Part shown: piece by piece, positions 18,890 to 28,682 of the stretch | Position numbering within the stretch: the stretch's first letter is position 1 | Layout of the letters: each line of letters begins with the position of its first letter | Assembly: GCA_963753595.1 (NCBI GenBank) | Contig: CAVWCX010000026.1 | Coordinates: forward strand, 1-28,699 | Source: Candidatus Methanoperedenaceae archaeon | Lineage (GTDB): Archaea; Halobacteriota; Methanosarcinia; Methanosarcinales; Methanoperedenaceae | Length of the DNA: 28,699 nt | Direction of reading: 5' to 3' | The notes under the pieces: model-generated | What the model saw: the letters and a program-made list of their open reading frames with translations, nothing else | Database searches by the model: none | Told to the model about the DNA's origin: nothing | Program-made: the position numbers and the translations under genes

Positions 18890-19822
18890 TTATTCGACTC
18901 CGAATACCTTTTCCCATTCTATACTAACTCTTGGAGTGTGCTTAATTTCATTTAACGCTAAGCCAATTAAATCGCCCCAATTAGTTATTCCTTCATCTAT
19001 ACCGCCTACTTGGGCAGGTGTCATACCTTCCAAGTAGTCATGCTCTTTAAAGAAATTATAATGTGTCATATATCCATCCATAACTATTCTTGCACTTGAT
19101 TTTTCTTTCAAATCCCTCATTACTTTGGTTCTCTGCTTTACTGTACTATGGAATCGTTCAATCAGGTTAGTGTTAATTTCAGATTCAAAGCCTTCACTCT
19201 TTAAATGAACTACTCTGTTTGATTTGAGGTTAGAGTAAAAAACACTATTGAACGCTTTATTATATTGTCCTAACTTATCGGTGATTATTACCTTTGGTCT
19301 TGTCTTGGATCGGAGTTTTGCCATAGTAAATAGTTTCTCAGCATCCTTTTCTGTTCGTGTACTGGATAGATGAGATGCTATCAGGAATCTTGTTTTACTG
19401 TCTATTATATCCCAAAACCAATAATGCTGACCCCATACGTCTATTACTGTTTCATCTGCTATCCAGACATCTGATAGTTCAGGGCGCAAGGTTAGAACGT
19501 AGTTATTTGCTATCTTTGAGAATGCAGTTACCCATCGCCATAAGGTCATTTTAGGCAAGTTAATATTGTTCAGGTTATTAAACGTCTGATTGATGTTTTT
19601 ATAACTCATTCCGTTATAGTAAAACGTTAGCGTCTCAATGATAAGCTCTTTCGGATACTTCATTTTAGGATAACAATCCTTTCCTGCAAATTTACTATTG
19701 CAGTCATTACAAAGATAGTATTGAGTATCTTTATAAAAACCGTCTTTGCTGACATTGTTAGAACCGCAAACCCGACAGGTTATAGCTCGTTTAATAGTGG
19801 TTGTTTCTTGATGTAGTGCCAT
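18890..19822 (-). CDS. DDE transposase, IS6/IS240-type core with InsA-like zinc ribbon and HTH
   Basis: CRVC...CNDC zinc ribbon, HTH ending TLWRWV, catalytic WIADET, IITDKLG, NLIERFH; GGAG SD. Confidence 0.92.
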   Translation of the reverse strand: MALHQETTTIKRAITCRVCGSNNVSKDGFYKDTQYYLCNDCNSKFAGKDCYPKMKYPKELIIETLTFYYNGMSYKNINQTFNNLNNINLPKMTLWRWVTAFSKIANNYVLTLRPELSDVWIADETVIDVWGQHYWFWDIIDSKTRFLIASHLSSTRTEKDAEKLFTMAKLRSKTRPKVIITDKLGQYNKAFNSVFYSNLKSNRVVHLKSEGFESEINTNLIERFHSTVKQRTKVMRDLKEKSSARIVMDGYMTHYNFFKEHDYLEGMTPAQVGGIDEGITNWGDLIGLALNEIKHTPRVSIEWEKVFGVE

Positions 19823-19835
19823 TAAACTATCTCCA

Positions 19836-20639
19836 TTAAGGACATTGTGAACATTTGCCTTTTATTGGTTTATTACTATTCATGTCTTTTTTTATTTGAA
19901 TTATTTCTTTGGTAAGCTTGCTATGACAGCGTGTTTTAATAATACCAAAATATACTTTCAATAAACTAAATTTTGGACTTTCAAGGGAGCCGATTAAAAT
20001 TTTTATAATTTGTTGATTAATTTCTTCTAGTTCTTCTTTATTATCATTTCCAATTAGATTATAACTTCTATAAAGTATCCACTGATTATTTGAAGGTTTA
20101 ATTATAAATTCATTAGACATTCGTTCCTTACTTAGCGGATGTGTATAATACCATAAAACAATATCTTTAATCTGTTTCAATAGATGATTTGTATAATATT
20201 TTATTGGCTGTACCCCCAGTTCATCCCACAGTTCCATATTAGGAATTGTAGCCATTATTTTTAAATTTAAATCCTTTAAAAATTCTTGTGATTCTAAATT
20301 ATGTAATTCAATATAGATATTTTTTCTTTTGATAATATCGCACATATTTTTGTATGCGTTATCTTTTAAATGAGATTTAATTTCTTCAGAATAATCTATC
20401 TCCTTAAATTCATTATGTAACCCATTTGTTTTAATCTCAGGATTCAACTTTAAATCTTCATTAGCATAATCAAAATTAAAATTAACTTCATAGTTTGCCT
20501 TAATAAGTGCTTTATACAAATCTATTGAATGCTTCAAAGCACCTGCTCTTCTTTTATAGTACCAATCATATAGTGATAACACCATTACCACCACCAAAGA
20601 TATAGCACTGATAAGCCCAAACCAATCTGTCAGTTCCAT
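19836..20639 (-). CDS. Hypothetical passenger protein, N-terminal TM anchor and C-terminal CxxCP
   Basis: 267-aa ORF inside the TIRs ending IKGKCSQCP; stop lies 13 bp before the transposase start. Confidence 0.75.
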   Translation of the reverse strand: MELTDWFGLISAISLVVVMVLSLYDWYYKRRAGALKHSIDLYKALIKANYEVNFNFDYANEDLKLNPEIKTNGLHNEFKEIDYSEEIKSHLKDNAYKNMCDIIKRKNIYIELHNLESQEFLKDLNLKIMATIPNMELWDELGVQPIKYYTNHLLKQIKDIVLWYYTHPLSKERMSNEFIIKPSNNQWILYRSYNLIGNDNKEELEEINQQIIKILIGSLESPKFSLLKVYFGIIKTRCHSKLTKEIIQIKKDMNSNKPIKGKCSQCP

Positions 20640-20765
20640 GAGGACTAACTACTATTTCTTCATTCATAAGGATTCCCCCAAGACGTGACGTAACCGATTG
20701 ACAGGAAAATATATCACCTATAGCAGTAAATTAAAAGGTAAGGGTTAATACAAAAAGGTGAAATC

Positions 20766-21260
20766 ATGACCACACAGGATAATTTACAAGAAGCTTTTGC
20801 CGGAGAGTCACAGGCGAACAGGAAATACCTTGCTTTTGCGGAAAAAGCAGACCAGGAAGGCTATAAGCAGGTGGCGAAGCTATTTCGCGCAGCTGCTGAC
20901 GCGGAAACGGTGCATGCCAAGAACCATCTGCGGGTAATGGGTGGTGTCGGGAAAACAAAAGATAATCTTAAAAGCGCTGTCTCAGGTGAAACCGAAGAAT
21001 TTAAAGAAATGTATCCTAAATTCATCGAGCAGGCAAAAAAGGAGAAGGCATCTGATGCAGCGATCCTCAGTTTTGATGTGGCTAACCAGGTGGAAAAGAT
21101 CCATGCAGGTCTTTACCAGAAGGCTCTTGATGATCTTGGCAAGAACAAGGAAACTGAGTATCATGTTTGCCAGATATGCGGCAATACGGTAGAAGGGGAA
21201 GCTCCTGATAAATGCCCCATATGCAATGCTCCAAAATCGATGTTCAAAAAGGTAGATTGA
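20766..21260 (+). CDS. rbr: Rubrerythrin
   Basis: AFAGESQANRKY, ETVH and EKIH diiron motifs, C-terminal CQIC...CPIC rubredoxin domain. Confidence 0.95.
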   Translation: MTTQDNLQEAFAGESQANRKYLAFAEKADQEGYKQVAKLFRAAADAETVHAKNHLRVMGGVGKTKDNLKSAVSGETEEFKEMYPKFIEQAKKEKASDAAILSFDVANQVEKIHAGLYQKALDDLGKNKETEYHVCQICGNTVEGEAPDKCPICNAPKSMFKKVD

Positions 21261-21270
21261 GGCAGTGAAA

Positions 21271-21705
21271 ATGGCAAAGAAACTTGCGATAATTTACGGC
21301 ACAGGCTTCGGAAACACTGGCTTGATGGCAAAAGCGATAGAAGAAGGGGCAAAAGCCGAAGGTCTTGATGTTTTGATAAAGAAAGTGGATGCAGCAACCC
21401 TGGCTGATGTTGAAAATGCAGATGCATTAGCAATAGGCCTGGCAACCTATAAGGGCGCAGGAATGCCATCGGTTATTAAATATGTGGAAAGCCTGGCAAA
21501 AGTTTCCCTTAAGAACAAAGTTGGGACCGCCTTCGGGTCATATGGATGGAGTGGAGAAGGACCCCTTGTCATAACAAAAATGCTTTCCAGCTATGGGATG
21601 ACTGTAATTGATCCCCCTCTTAGGATAAAGCGCATCCCCGAAGAAGAAGGCCTTGAGGAATGCAGGAAGCTTGGAAGATTGCTTGCTGAAAAACTCAAAA
21701 AATAA
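21271..21705 (+). CDS. Flavodoxin (FprA C-terminal-like)
   Basis: IIYGTGFGNT and AFGSYGWSGE motifs; paralog of 3734-4183. Confidence 0.9.
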   Translation: MAKKLAIIYGTGFGNTGLMAKAIEEGAKAEGLDVLIKKVDAATLADVENADALAIGLATYKGAGMPSVIKYVESLAKVSLKNKVGTAFGSYGWSGEGPLVITKMLSSYGMTVIDPPLRIKRIPEEEGLEECRKLGRLLAEKLKK

Positions 21706-21759
21706 GAAAGAGATCATATAAGAAAAGGTTATGGGATATATCGCAATCATGGAACTATA

Positions 21760-22627
21760 ATGATATCCCGTACCTTGAAAAAAGAACTTCAGAAGAAATG
21801 CAAAGCACTCGGGATACCTCTCGTGGGGTTTGCACCTGATTGGAAGATGGAAAAGCCCGCCGCAAGAGCTTCCGAATATTCTATTGCCATGGATCCCTGA
21901 AGATTTCTGGCCACAATCCATTTATCCTGAAGCTAAAACCGTAATAGTGATCGGGTTGCCCGTGTCGTTACCAATAGTTGAGACTGCGCCCTCTATCTAT
22001 TACTTTGAGCTTTACAAAACAGTGAATTCCATGCTTGATTCTAAAGCATATGAAATCGCAAATTTCCTGAATGAAAAAGGATTTGGTTCCATATATCTTC
22101 CAAGGGATGGTTATGGTGATATAAAAATCCTGGTGGACAAACCGTTCGCATTTTTTTCTCATAAACACGCAGCATACCTTGCCGGAATGGGTTCTTTCGG
22201 GCATAACAATGTACTGCTTACCCCAGAATATGGGCCAAGGGTCAGGTTCACATCGATTTTCACAAGCGCAGAAATAAAACCCGATCCCGTAAATATCAAG
22301 GATATATGCATCCACTGCTCTTTATGTGCAAAAAATTGTCCTGTTGGCGCAATCCCGATGAAAGGCGATTTTCCGCCGCCCGTTGATAAGAGAGCCTGTG
22401 CAATAAGGAGCGCCCAGCTCAGGGATGAATTCAGGTCGCCGTGCGGGATATGTATTAAAGTTTGCCCGGTGGGTGCTGATAGGGAATTGTACGGCAGGAA
22501 GAACATTTCTATTTATTCCAATAACAAGAAGTTCGAGAAATATCACAATGCATGGGAGCATGTCAGGAAATATGGAAGCAAAGATACAGGAAAGGACTTA
22601 ATTAGCATTCGGACTATTAAGAAATAG
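21760..22627 (+). CDS. QueG/epoxyqueuosine-reductase-like 2x[4Fe-4S] protein, one frameshift near 21837
   Basis: ATG 21760 gives MISRTLKKELQKKCKALGIPLVGFAP, continuing in the +1 frame as IGRWKSPP...SHKHAAYLAGMGSFGHN, YGPRVRF, CIHCSLCAKNCP, CGICIKVCP. Confidence 0.75.
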
Positions 22628-22629
22628 CA

Positions 22630-23970
22630 ATGCCTGACCTCGTAATCAAAAATGCCCGGATTTTTATAAATGATACCATCCAGCCAGCTGAAATAGCCGT
22701 GGATAACGGGAAGATCTCAAAGATCGGGAAAATAGTTGGACAGCAGGAATATGATGACATCATCGACGCAAAAGGCGCTCTCTTATTACCGGGAGCAATT
22801 GATGTCCATGTTCATTTTCGTGACCCTGGCATGACAAAAAAGGAGAACTGGTACACAGGTTCATGCGCGGCGGCATCCGGGGGCGTTACGATGGTCATAG
22901 ACCACCCCAACACGATTCCACCTACAATAGACCGCTCTTCTTTCAAGGAAAAATTAAAAGAATCCAGGAAATCAATAATCGATTATGGGATCAATGCGGG
23001 AGTAACAACAAATCTCAACAATTTAAAAAACCTGTGGGAGCTTGGCGTATCTGCATTCGGTGAGATATTCATGGCAGAATCCACGGCATCCCTGAACATT
23101 AATGAGAGGACACTGAAAGAGGCGCTGGATATCATAGGAAACCTGGGGGCAGTGGCTTGTATCCATGCAGAGGATGAGGAAACAAGAAAGAAATTCGTTC
23201 ACTTGCTGAAAGGAAACCTCGCCTGCGAATCGTATTCAAAGTCGCGCCCCAACCTATCTGAAAAAATCGCTGTTGAAAAAGCGATAAAGCTTGCACCGGA
23301 TACAACAAAACTGCATTTTTGTCATATAAGTGCGCTTGAAAGTCTTGAAATCTTAAGAAAAGCAAAAGCTGTTAATAATAATATTTCCTGCGAAGTAACG
23401 CCCCATCATCTTTTCCTTTCCACCAGAGACTACAGGCGGCTTGGTACGCTCGGGAAAATGAATCCGCCACTTCGTGATTTCCCATCCCAGCAGAGCCTCT
23501 GGGCAGGATTAAATGACGGGACTATAGATATAGTCGCATCAGACCATGCGCCCCATCTTGAATCAGAGAAAATGACCGATATATGGTCTGCTCCGGCGGG
23601 TGTCCCGGGAGTGGAAACAATGATGCCCCTGATGCTTATGGCAGTAAAGCGAAATCTTCTCACACTTAAACGGGTGATTGAAGTAACAAGCCAGAACCCG
23701 GCAAGAATTTTCAGCCTGAAGAAAGGTTTGATCGCGCCTGGTTATGACGCTGATATGATTATTATGGGTGAAGAAAAAGAAATCCGAAAGGAAAAACTTC
23801 ATAGCAAAGCAGGATGGACACCTTTTAATGGCATGATGGGCTTTTTTCCCAGAATTACAATATCATGCGGTGAAGTAGTTTTCGAAGACGGTGAGATAAT
23901 TGCCAGGAGGGGCCGTGGGCGGTTCAATCCAGGGCAGGGATTCAAAACCGCAGGTGAGCCTGAAGAGTGA
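22630..23970 (+). CDS. pyrC: Dihydroorotase
   Basis: PGAIDVHVHFRDPG, IHAED, HFCHIS, CEVTPHHL, KMNPPLR, SDHAPH, AGVPGVET. Confidence 0.9.
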   Translation: MPDLVIKNARIFINDTIQPAEIAVDNGKISKIGKIVGQQEYDDIIDAKGALLLPGAIDVHVHFRDPGMTKKENWYTGSCAAASGGVTMVIDHPNTIPPTIDRSSFKEKLKESRKSIIDYGINAGVTTNLNNLKNLWELGVSAFGEIFMAESTASLNINERTLKEALDIIGNLGAVACIHAEDEETRKKFVHLLKGNLACESYSKSRPNLSEKIAVEKAIKLAPDTTKLHFCHISALESLEILRKAKAVNNNISCEVTPHHLFLSTRDYRRLGTLGKMNPPLRDFPSQQSLWAGLNDGTIDIVASDHAPHLESEKMTDIWSAPAGVPGVETMMPLMLMAVKRNLLTLKRVIEVTSQNPARIFSLKKGLIAPGYDADMIIMGEEKEIRKEKLHSKAGWTPFNGMMGFFPRITISCGEVVFEDGEIIARRGRGRFNPGQGFKTAGEPEE

Positions 23971-24053
23971 AAAGGATAATATACTGTGAACCATAATATA
24001 AAATGGAATATAATTGCTATTTAGAAAAAACTTTTCAGGAGGGGTCTAAAGGT

Positions 24054-24811
24054 ATAAGACAATAGCTCTTGTTACGGATGATTTTCCGGCATATCATTCC
24101 ATCATTGAGGAAGCCCGATCCCGTAAATTGAATATCCTTGTTCTCAATCCCCAAGAACGCATACCGCCACACGTTGGTGTGGTCATTACTACAGAGGGGG
24201 AATCTGAGTTTATTGATTTTGAGCATGACATGATCATTATCGCTGACAACAGGCCGCAGGCAACTCTTGATAAAGCTCTGTCCATGTTGTTCGGTGAAAA
24301 TTTTGAACAGATAATAATAGGAATAGATCCTGGAAAATATCCGGGTGTTGCAGTGCTCGGTAATAACAAGACAATTTCGGTTCATCATGTTTCTGTTGGC
24401 GACGTCTGTCCGCTCATAAGACGAATAATGAAGGAATTTAAGAATAAAAAAATCATTGTCAGGATAGGGCACGGCGCAAGACTCATACGTTCACAGTTGA
24501 TAAACGGGATACTTGACCTTGGGATACAGATAGAGATGGTAGATGAAACCGGAACAACACCGCATCTTGGAAAAGGAGTTCACGGACAGGTTGTATCCGA
24601 TATAATTGCAGCAATTAATATTGCATTGATCCCCGGAAAAATTGTGGGGAAACAATTCATTGAGCCTTCGAACGGGGAAGTAAGGGTAATACAGGAATCG
24701 AGCAGGGAATACTCCAACGGGCGAACGACTATCCCCAGGCTTCTTGCAAGAGCTGTCGCAAAAGGGGAATTGACTCTTGATGAAGCTGTGGAAAGACACA
24801 AGAAAGATTAA
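24054..24811 (+). CDS. Hypothetical protein with RNase H/YqgF-like motifs; start codon apparently damaged
   Basis: Frame is open from 24050 (KTIALVTDDFPAYH...) just after SD GGAGG (24038-24042). Motifs IGIDPG, VDETGTT, DIIAAINIA. Confidence 0.65.
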
Positions 24812-25905
24812 CGTTTTGATATTTTTTTTCGGGTTGTTCTTGCAGAAATCCATGCTCCTATAACCGCAATTAATACCGCTACGATCACGCTTCCGAATAC
24901 AAACTGGCGGCCGTTGTTGATTATTGGGTATGTGCTCATTACTTCCCGTATAACAAGAATATAGGTGCTTCCTGCCCATAAGATAATACCGGCTGCAAAT
25001 ACGAAGAACGGATGCGACCAGTGCCTTCCAATTTTCTCTTTAGCCAGGTGCAGGTCAAAAATTATACCAATATTGATTATTACACCTGCAATGGCATACC
25101 ACCAGATTGAAGCATTGATATAACCCATAAGCAGGACAAGGTACCCCACCAATATTGGTTCGTTATAATAATCCCAGAGCGCAATACCACCCTGCACAGT
25201 ACCAATGAGTGACAGTATTATGGCTGCCAGATACATGACAAAAGTAATTTTTCCCCCATATAAGGATTTCATCATGGATGATTTGAAACTATCGAGCACA
25301 TCATCAAGACCTGTCCCGCGAAAGAGCATATAAAGGCCAATGCTTGCGGTTATTGCCATTACAGCGACTTCAGGACGATCAAAGTATAATGAAATCGCAT
25401 AGATCAGGAATACAAGACCGATAGGAACGAAAAAAGTATGTGATATTTTTGGATCGTTGAATGCTTTTTTAATTATATAATATGTGCTTTCCAGATTCTC
25501 ATGCTGCTTTACGATAATTCTATGAACTGCATCAACTTTTATCCTGGACTGTATGATGGGCAAAACAGATTCATCTTCCGCCCCATCCGAAACAAGTATC
25601 ACATTAAATGGTTTCAGGTCAAGGAGTATCCTGTCAAGCTGTTCAGCGATTTTCCTGTCGGCATGTATTCCAACTTTTTTATCTCCCGCAATTGAAACGA
25701 TCTCCACATCCTCTTTTTGGGCAATGAGTTTGTCATAGACATTTATGCCTCCAAAAATTGTGTTGATATCCGAATCTTCCGGGTCGTTTGAGGCAAGCCT
25801 GACTGCTGCATCGATGTTTGCGGCGCGCCCGATTATCGGGCTTTCCACTTTTCCCTTTTCCCCAAGGTCGTTGTCCCTGTCAATACATATGATAAGAGTA
25901 TGCAT
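24808..25905 (-). CDS. DUF373 family membrane protein
   Basis: LIICIDRDNDLG, DPEDSDIN, VSDGAEDE, VKQ..NLESTYY followed by multiple TM helices. Confidence 0.88.
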   Translation of the reverse strand: MHTLIICIDRDNDLGEKGKVESPIIGRAANIDAAVRLASNDPEDSDINTIFGGINVYDKLIAQKEDVEIVSIAGDKKVGIHADRKIAEQLDRILLDLKPFNVILVSDGAEDESVLPIIQSRIKVDAVHRIIVKQHENLESTYYIIKKAFNDPKISHTFFVPIGLVFLIYAISLYFDRPEVAVMAITASIGLYMLFRGTGLDDVLDSFKSSMMKSLYGGKITFVMYLAAIILSLIGTVQGGIALWDYYNEPILVGYLVLLMGYINASIWWYAIAGVIINIGIIFDLHLAKEKIGRHWSHPFFVFAAGIILWAGSTYILVIREVMSTYPIINNGRQFVFGSVIVAVLIAVIGAWISARTTRKKISKR

Positions 25906-26249
25906 TGTATGCTCATATCTTTATGTTTATATAAAAAGCCTCCGAATGAACACAGGTTAGTTATCGTTAGAAATCTTGTTAATTCTGTCTATACTGCCTT
26001 TTTCAGCAATAATCTTTGGTACTTCCATTGCTGCCTTAAGGGTGAGCACCATACCGCTTTGCCATCGGGCATAAAATTGATAATGCTGTCTATATCGATT
26101 GTGTGAGGCGGTGTCTTCCTTTAAATGGTTTCGTTGATAAGACTATGGTAACTATTGAGAGGCTTAAAGAGATAAAGAACATCGATGATTTTGAGGCTTA
26201 CCTACAAAGCAATCCTAAGAACAAAGTCCTCAACCCTCAATTTAGCAAC

Positions 26250-26690
26250 TTATTCTCCTCTTTTCCTTAATATATCACCATCCGAATTGATACGGCTGTT
26301 CTTGGTCGGCCCTCTTGCCCCGAATCTTAATTCCAATAATACCAACAACGGCTGCGATTATATAGAACAAAAGCTCTATTATACTGCACCGGGAGCGATA
26401 TTCCAGATAACCGCACCGGTGAAAAACAACATAACGACACCCTAAAACATTTGCGAACGCCTCAAGGGGAAAGATGATGCCTTTTATAGTGTTCCAAATG
26501 ACAGGATGAACAATATTGCTATGTAGTTTGTAAGCATGTCCCAATTTGCGCCTGGCAGTGGGGGGAAACGAATGCCTTTTCAAGCACAAGGACGAGAGTT
26601 ATAACAAATATCTCTGCCATCCCTTCACTAAATTCCACGATGTTTTTTGTATAGTCATACCGATATCCGGTGTTGATTTGATACTATTTT
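26250..26690 (-). pseudogene. Fragmented membrane protein gene (pseudogene or assembly errors)
   Basis: Hydrophobic segments in successive frames: AEIFVITLVLVLEKAF / NYIAILFILSFG / IKGIIFPLEAFANVLG / VVMLFFTGAVIW / IIELLFYIIAAVVGIIGIK. GAGGTGA SD near 26701-26707. Ends approximate. Confidence 0.5.
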
Positions 26691-26806
26691 ATTTAAATGT
26701 TCACCTCACAATTTATTAGGTCCTGAATATAACAATCCAAACCATATTCCCAATATAACAAAACCTTATATACGTCCCACGACATACATAGGTGTTGTGA
26801 CCAAAT

Positions 26807-27100
26807 ATGGTTAGAAAGAATGTTGAATTACAAAAAGGCCGGGACATTATACCAGGCAATTACGTATGCAGCTTGACGCTGAAGAAAGCTATAGAAACAA
26901 TATACCCAGACGCGTCGAGGTTCACATACCCGCACGGTCAGCCTGGGCAGATGCTCGCTGGTGGGAGGTTCATCTCATTCAACGGGCGAATCGGTGAGGT
27001 CGTGTATGCATATTGCGACTTCACAGACAAAAAGAACGTGCCGTTGTCATCAACAAACAGAGATGACTTGCTGAAGCTTCGTCTGATGCAGGTAAAATAG
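26807..27100 (+). CDS. Hypothetical protein, 97 aa
   Basis: ATG ORF preceded by an A-rich BRE/TATA-like AAAACCTTATATA (about 26760-26772); no recognisable family. Confidence 0.6.
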   Translation: MVRKNVELQKGRDIIPGNYVCSLTLKKAIETIYPDASRFTYPHGQPGQMLAGGRFISFNGRIGEVVYAYCDFTDKKNVPLSSTNRDDLLKLRLMQVK

Positions 27101-27116
27101 GGTTACGGAGGTTAAT

Positions 27117-27251
27117 ATGTCCCCTTTAAATAAAGCAATAAAAGATTTAGACAACAAACTATTCGAGCGCATCCGCTCGAAGTGTGGTGGAATGGAAAGT
27201 AAGATGGAATGTACAGTCATGAAGGCTCTTGATGATTGGGTCAATAGCTGA
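27117..27251 (+). CDS. Small ribbon-helix-helix-like protein, 44 aa (missing from ORF track)
   Basis: GGAGGT SD at 27107-27112. MSPLNKAIKDLDNKLFERIRSKCGGMESKMECTVMKALDDWVNS fits a strand-helix-helix pattern. Confidence 0.6.
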   Translation: MSPLNKAIKDLDNKLFERIRSKCGGMESKMECTVMKALDDWVNS

Positions 27252-27497
27252 ATGTGGTAGATTAATGCCGTCAGTACTCTGAGGGTCAATAATCGAGTTT
27301 CAATTCGATAAAAAAATAAAGAATAACTAATCTGTATCTCCAAATATAATATCGTGGGTCATGATAGAAACCCGTTTGCTTTAGCGACGGAATGAATCTT
27401 ACCCCTTGTTATTGCAATACCCATCCCGAAAAATCAATTGTCGAGAAAGTATATCAAGGATACGCATAACGGTAAATAGTATTAAAACAATATAAAG

Positions 27498-28682
27498 ATG
27501 TTGTGGAAAATGAGAAAAGCATACCAATTCAGGATTTATCCCAATAAGAAACAGGAAGTTAAACTAAATAGTACACTTTCCACATGCAGACACCTATACA
27601 ATGATTCTATTGCAGAACGCAAGAGACAATCTGAGCTTAATAATCTATGCAAAAGCTTCGAAGTTACTCCATGGGGAAAACACGAATGGATCTCATACGA
27701 AGATCAAGCGAACGCTCTTCCTGGCAACAAAACTATTTTTCAGAAAGAAGTACATTCGCAAGTGCTTCAAAACACCTTAAAAAGAGTAGAGAGGAGTTTT
27801 AAGAATTTCTTCAAAGGCTTCGGATACCCAAGATTCCAGGGAAGAGATAGATACAATTCATTCACATATCCGCAAAGTGGGATTGGTCTTGAAGATGGGA
27901 AACTTAACATTTCTAAAATCGGAGTTGTCAAAATAATTCAACACCGAGAGATAGAGGGTAAGATCAAGACATGTACGATTAAGAAGGATGTAGATCATTG
28001 GTATGCAATATTTTCAGTTGAAATAGACAAACCAATAAATCCAGTTGATATCAAAAAACCAATAGGCATAGATGTTGGATTGACATCATTACTTACCCTG
28101 AGCAATGGTGAACAAATAGAACCTCCCGAGTTCCTGAGATGTTCCGAAAAGAGGTTAACAAGAGAACAGATCAAACTTTCAAGGAAGAAAAAAAGAAGTA
28201 ATAACAGGAAGAATCAGGTTACGATCATAGCAAGAACACACAGGACAATCAGAAATCAGAGAAAAGATTTTTCTCATAAAACATCAAGAATACTGGTAGA
28301 TACCTATGATAAAATCGTATTTGAGGATTTGCAGATAAAAAACATGGTGCAAAATCATCATCTTGCAAAATCCATCAACGATGCAGGATGGTATCAGTTG
28401 ATCAGATTAACAAAATCCAAAGCAGAATACGCTGGGAAAATAGTTGAATTGGTCAATGCCAGGAACACAAGCCAGAATTGCAGCAAATGTGGTAATCTCG
28501 TATCGAAGAACCTTTCAGTCAGGAAACATTCTTGTCCTTTCTGTGGCCTTGTTCTGGATAGAGATCATAATGCTGCAATTAATATACTAAAAAGATCAAA
28601 TACCGCAGGAACTGCGGAATTCAAAGCCTGTCCGAGTAGTCTGAGCACAGACACAATGACGCAGGAAGCCTCAAAGCTTTAG
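27498..28682 (+). CDS. tnpB: RNA-guided endonuclease TnpB
   Basis: KAYQFRIYP HTH, GYPRFQ, RuvC GIDVG / VFEDL / DRDHNAAINI, zinc finger CSKC...CPFC. Alternative start at 27510. Confidence 0.95.
   Translation: MLWKMRKAYQFRIYPNKKQEVKLNSTLSTCRHLYNDSIAERKRQSELNNLCKSFEVTPWGKHEWISYEDQANALPGNKTIFQKEVHSQVLQNTLKRVERSFKNFFKGFGYPRFQGRDRYNSFTYPQSGIGLEDGKLNISKIGVVKIIQHREIEGKIKTCTIKKDVDHWYAIFSVEIDKPINPVDIKKPIGIDVGLTSLLTLSNGEQIEPPEFLRCSEKRLTREQIKLSRKKKRSNNRKNQVTIIARTHRTIRNQRKDFSHKTSRILVDTYDKIVFEDLQIKNMVQNHHLAKSINDAGWYQLIRLTKSKAEYAGKIVELVNARNTSQNCSKCGNLVSKNLSVRKHSCPFCGLVLDRDHNAAINILKRSNTAGTAEFKACPSSLSTDTMTQEASKL

Larger units (their letters stand above)
18321..20695 (-). mobile_element. IS1/IS6-like insertion sequence with two passenger genes (2375 bp)
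   Basis: TIRs GGTTACGTAACGTCTT (18321-18336) and AAGACGTGACGTAACC (20680-20695), 15/16 match. Direct repeat GATTGACAG at 18312-18320 and 20696-20704. AT-rich interior with a DDE transposase. Confidence 0.92.

Noticed and set aside
21760-22627. A queuosine pathway implied by queE plus the QueG-like gene
   Set aside because: The genes are about 19 kb apart, archaea use QueE for archaeosine, and QueG-like Fe-S proteins of unknown function are common in methanogens.
27101-27107. GGTTACG matching the start of the IS TIR
   Set aside because: Only 7 bp, no partner repeat or duplication, and it runs into the SD of the next gene; likely chance.
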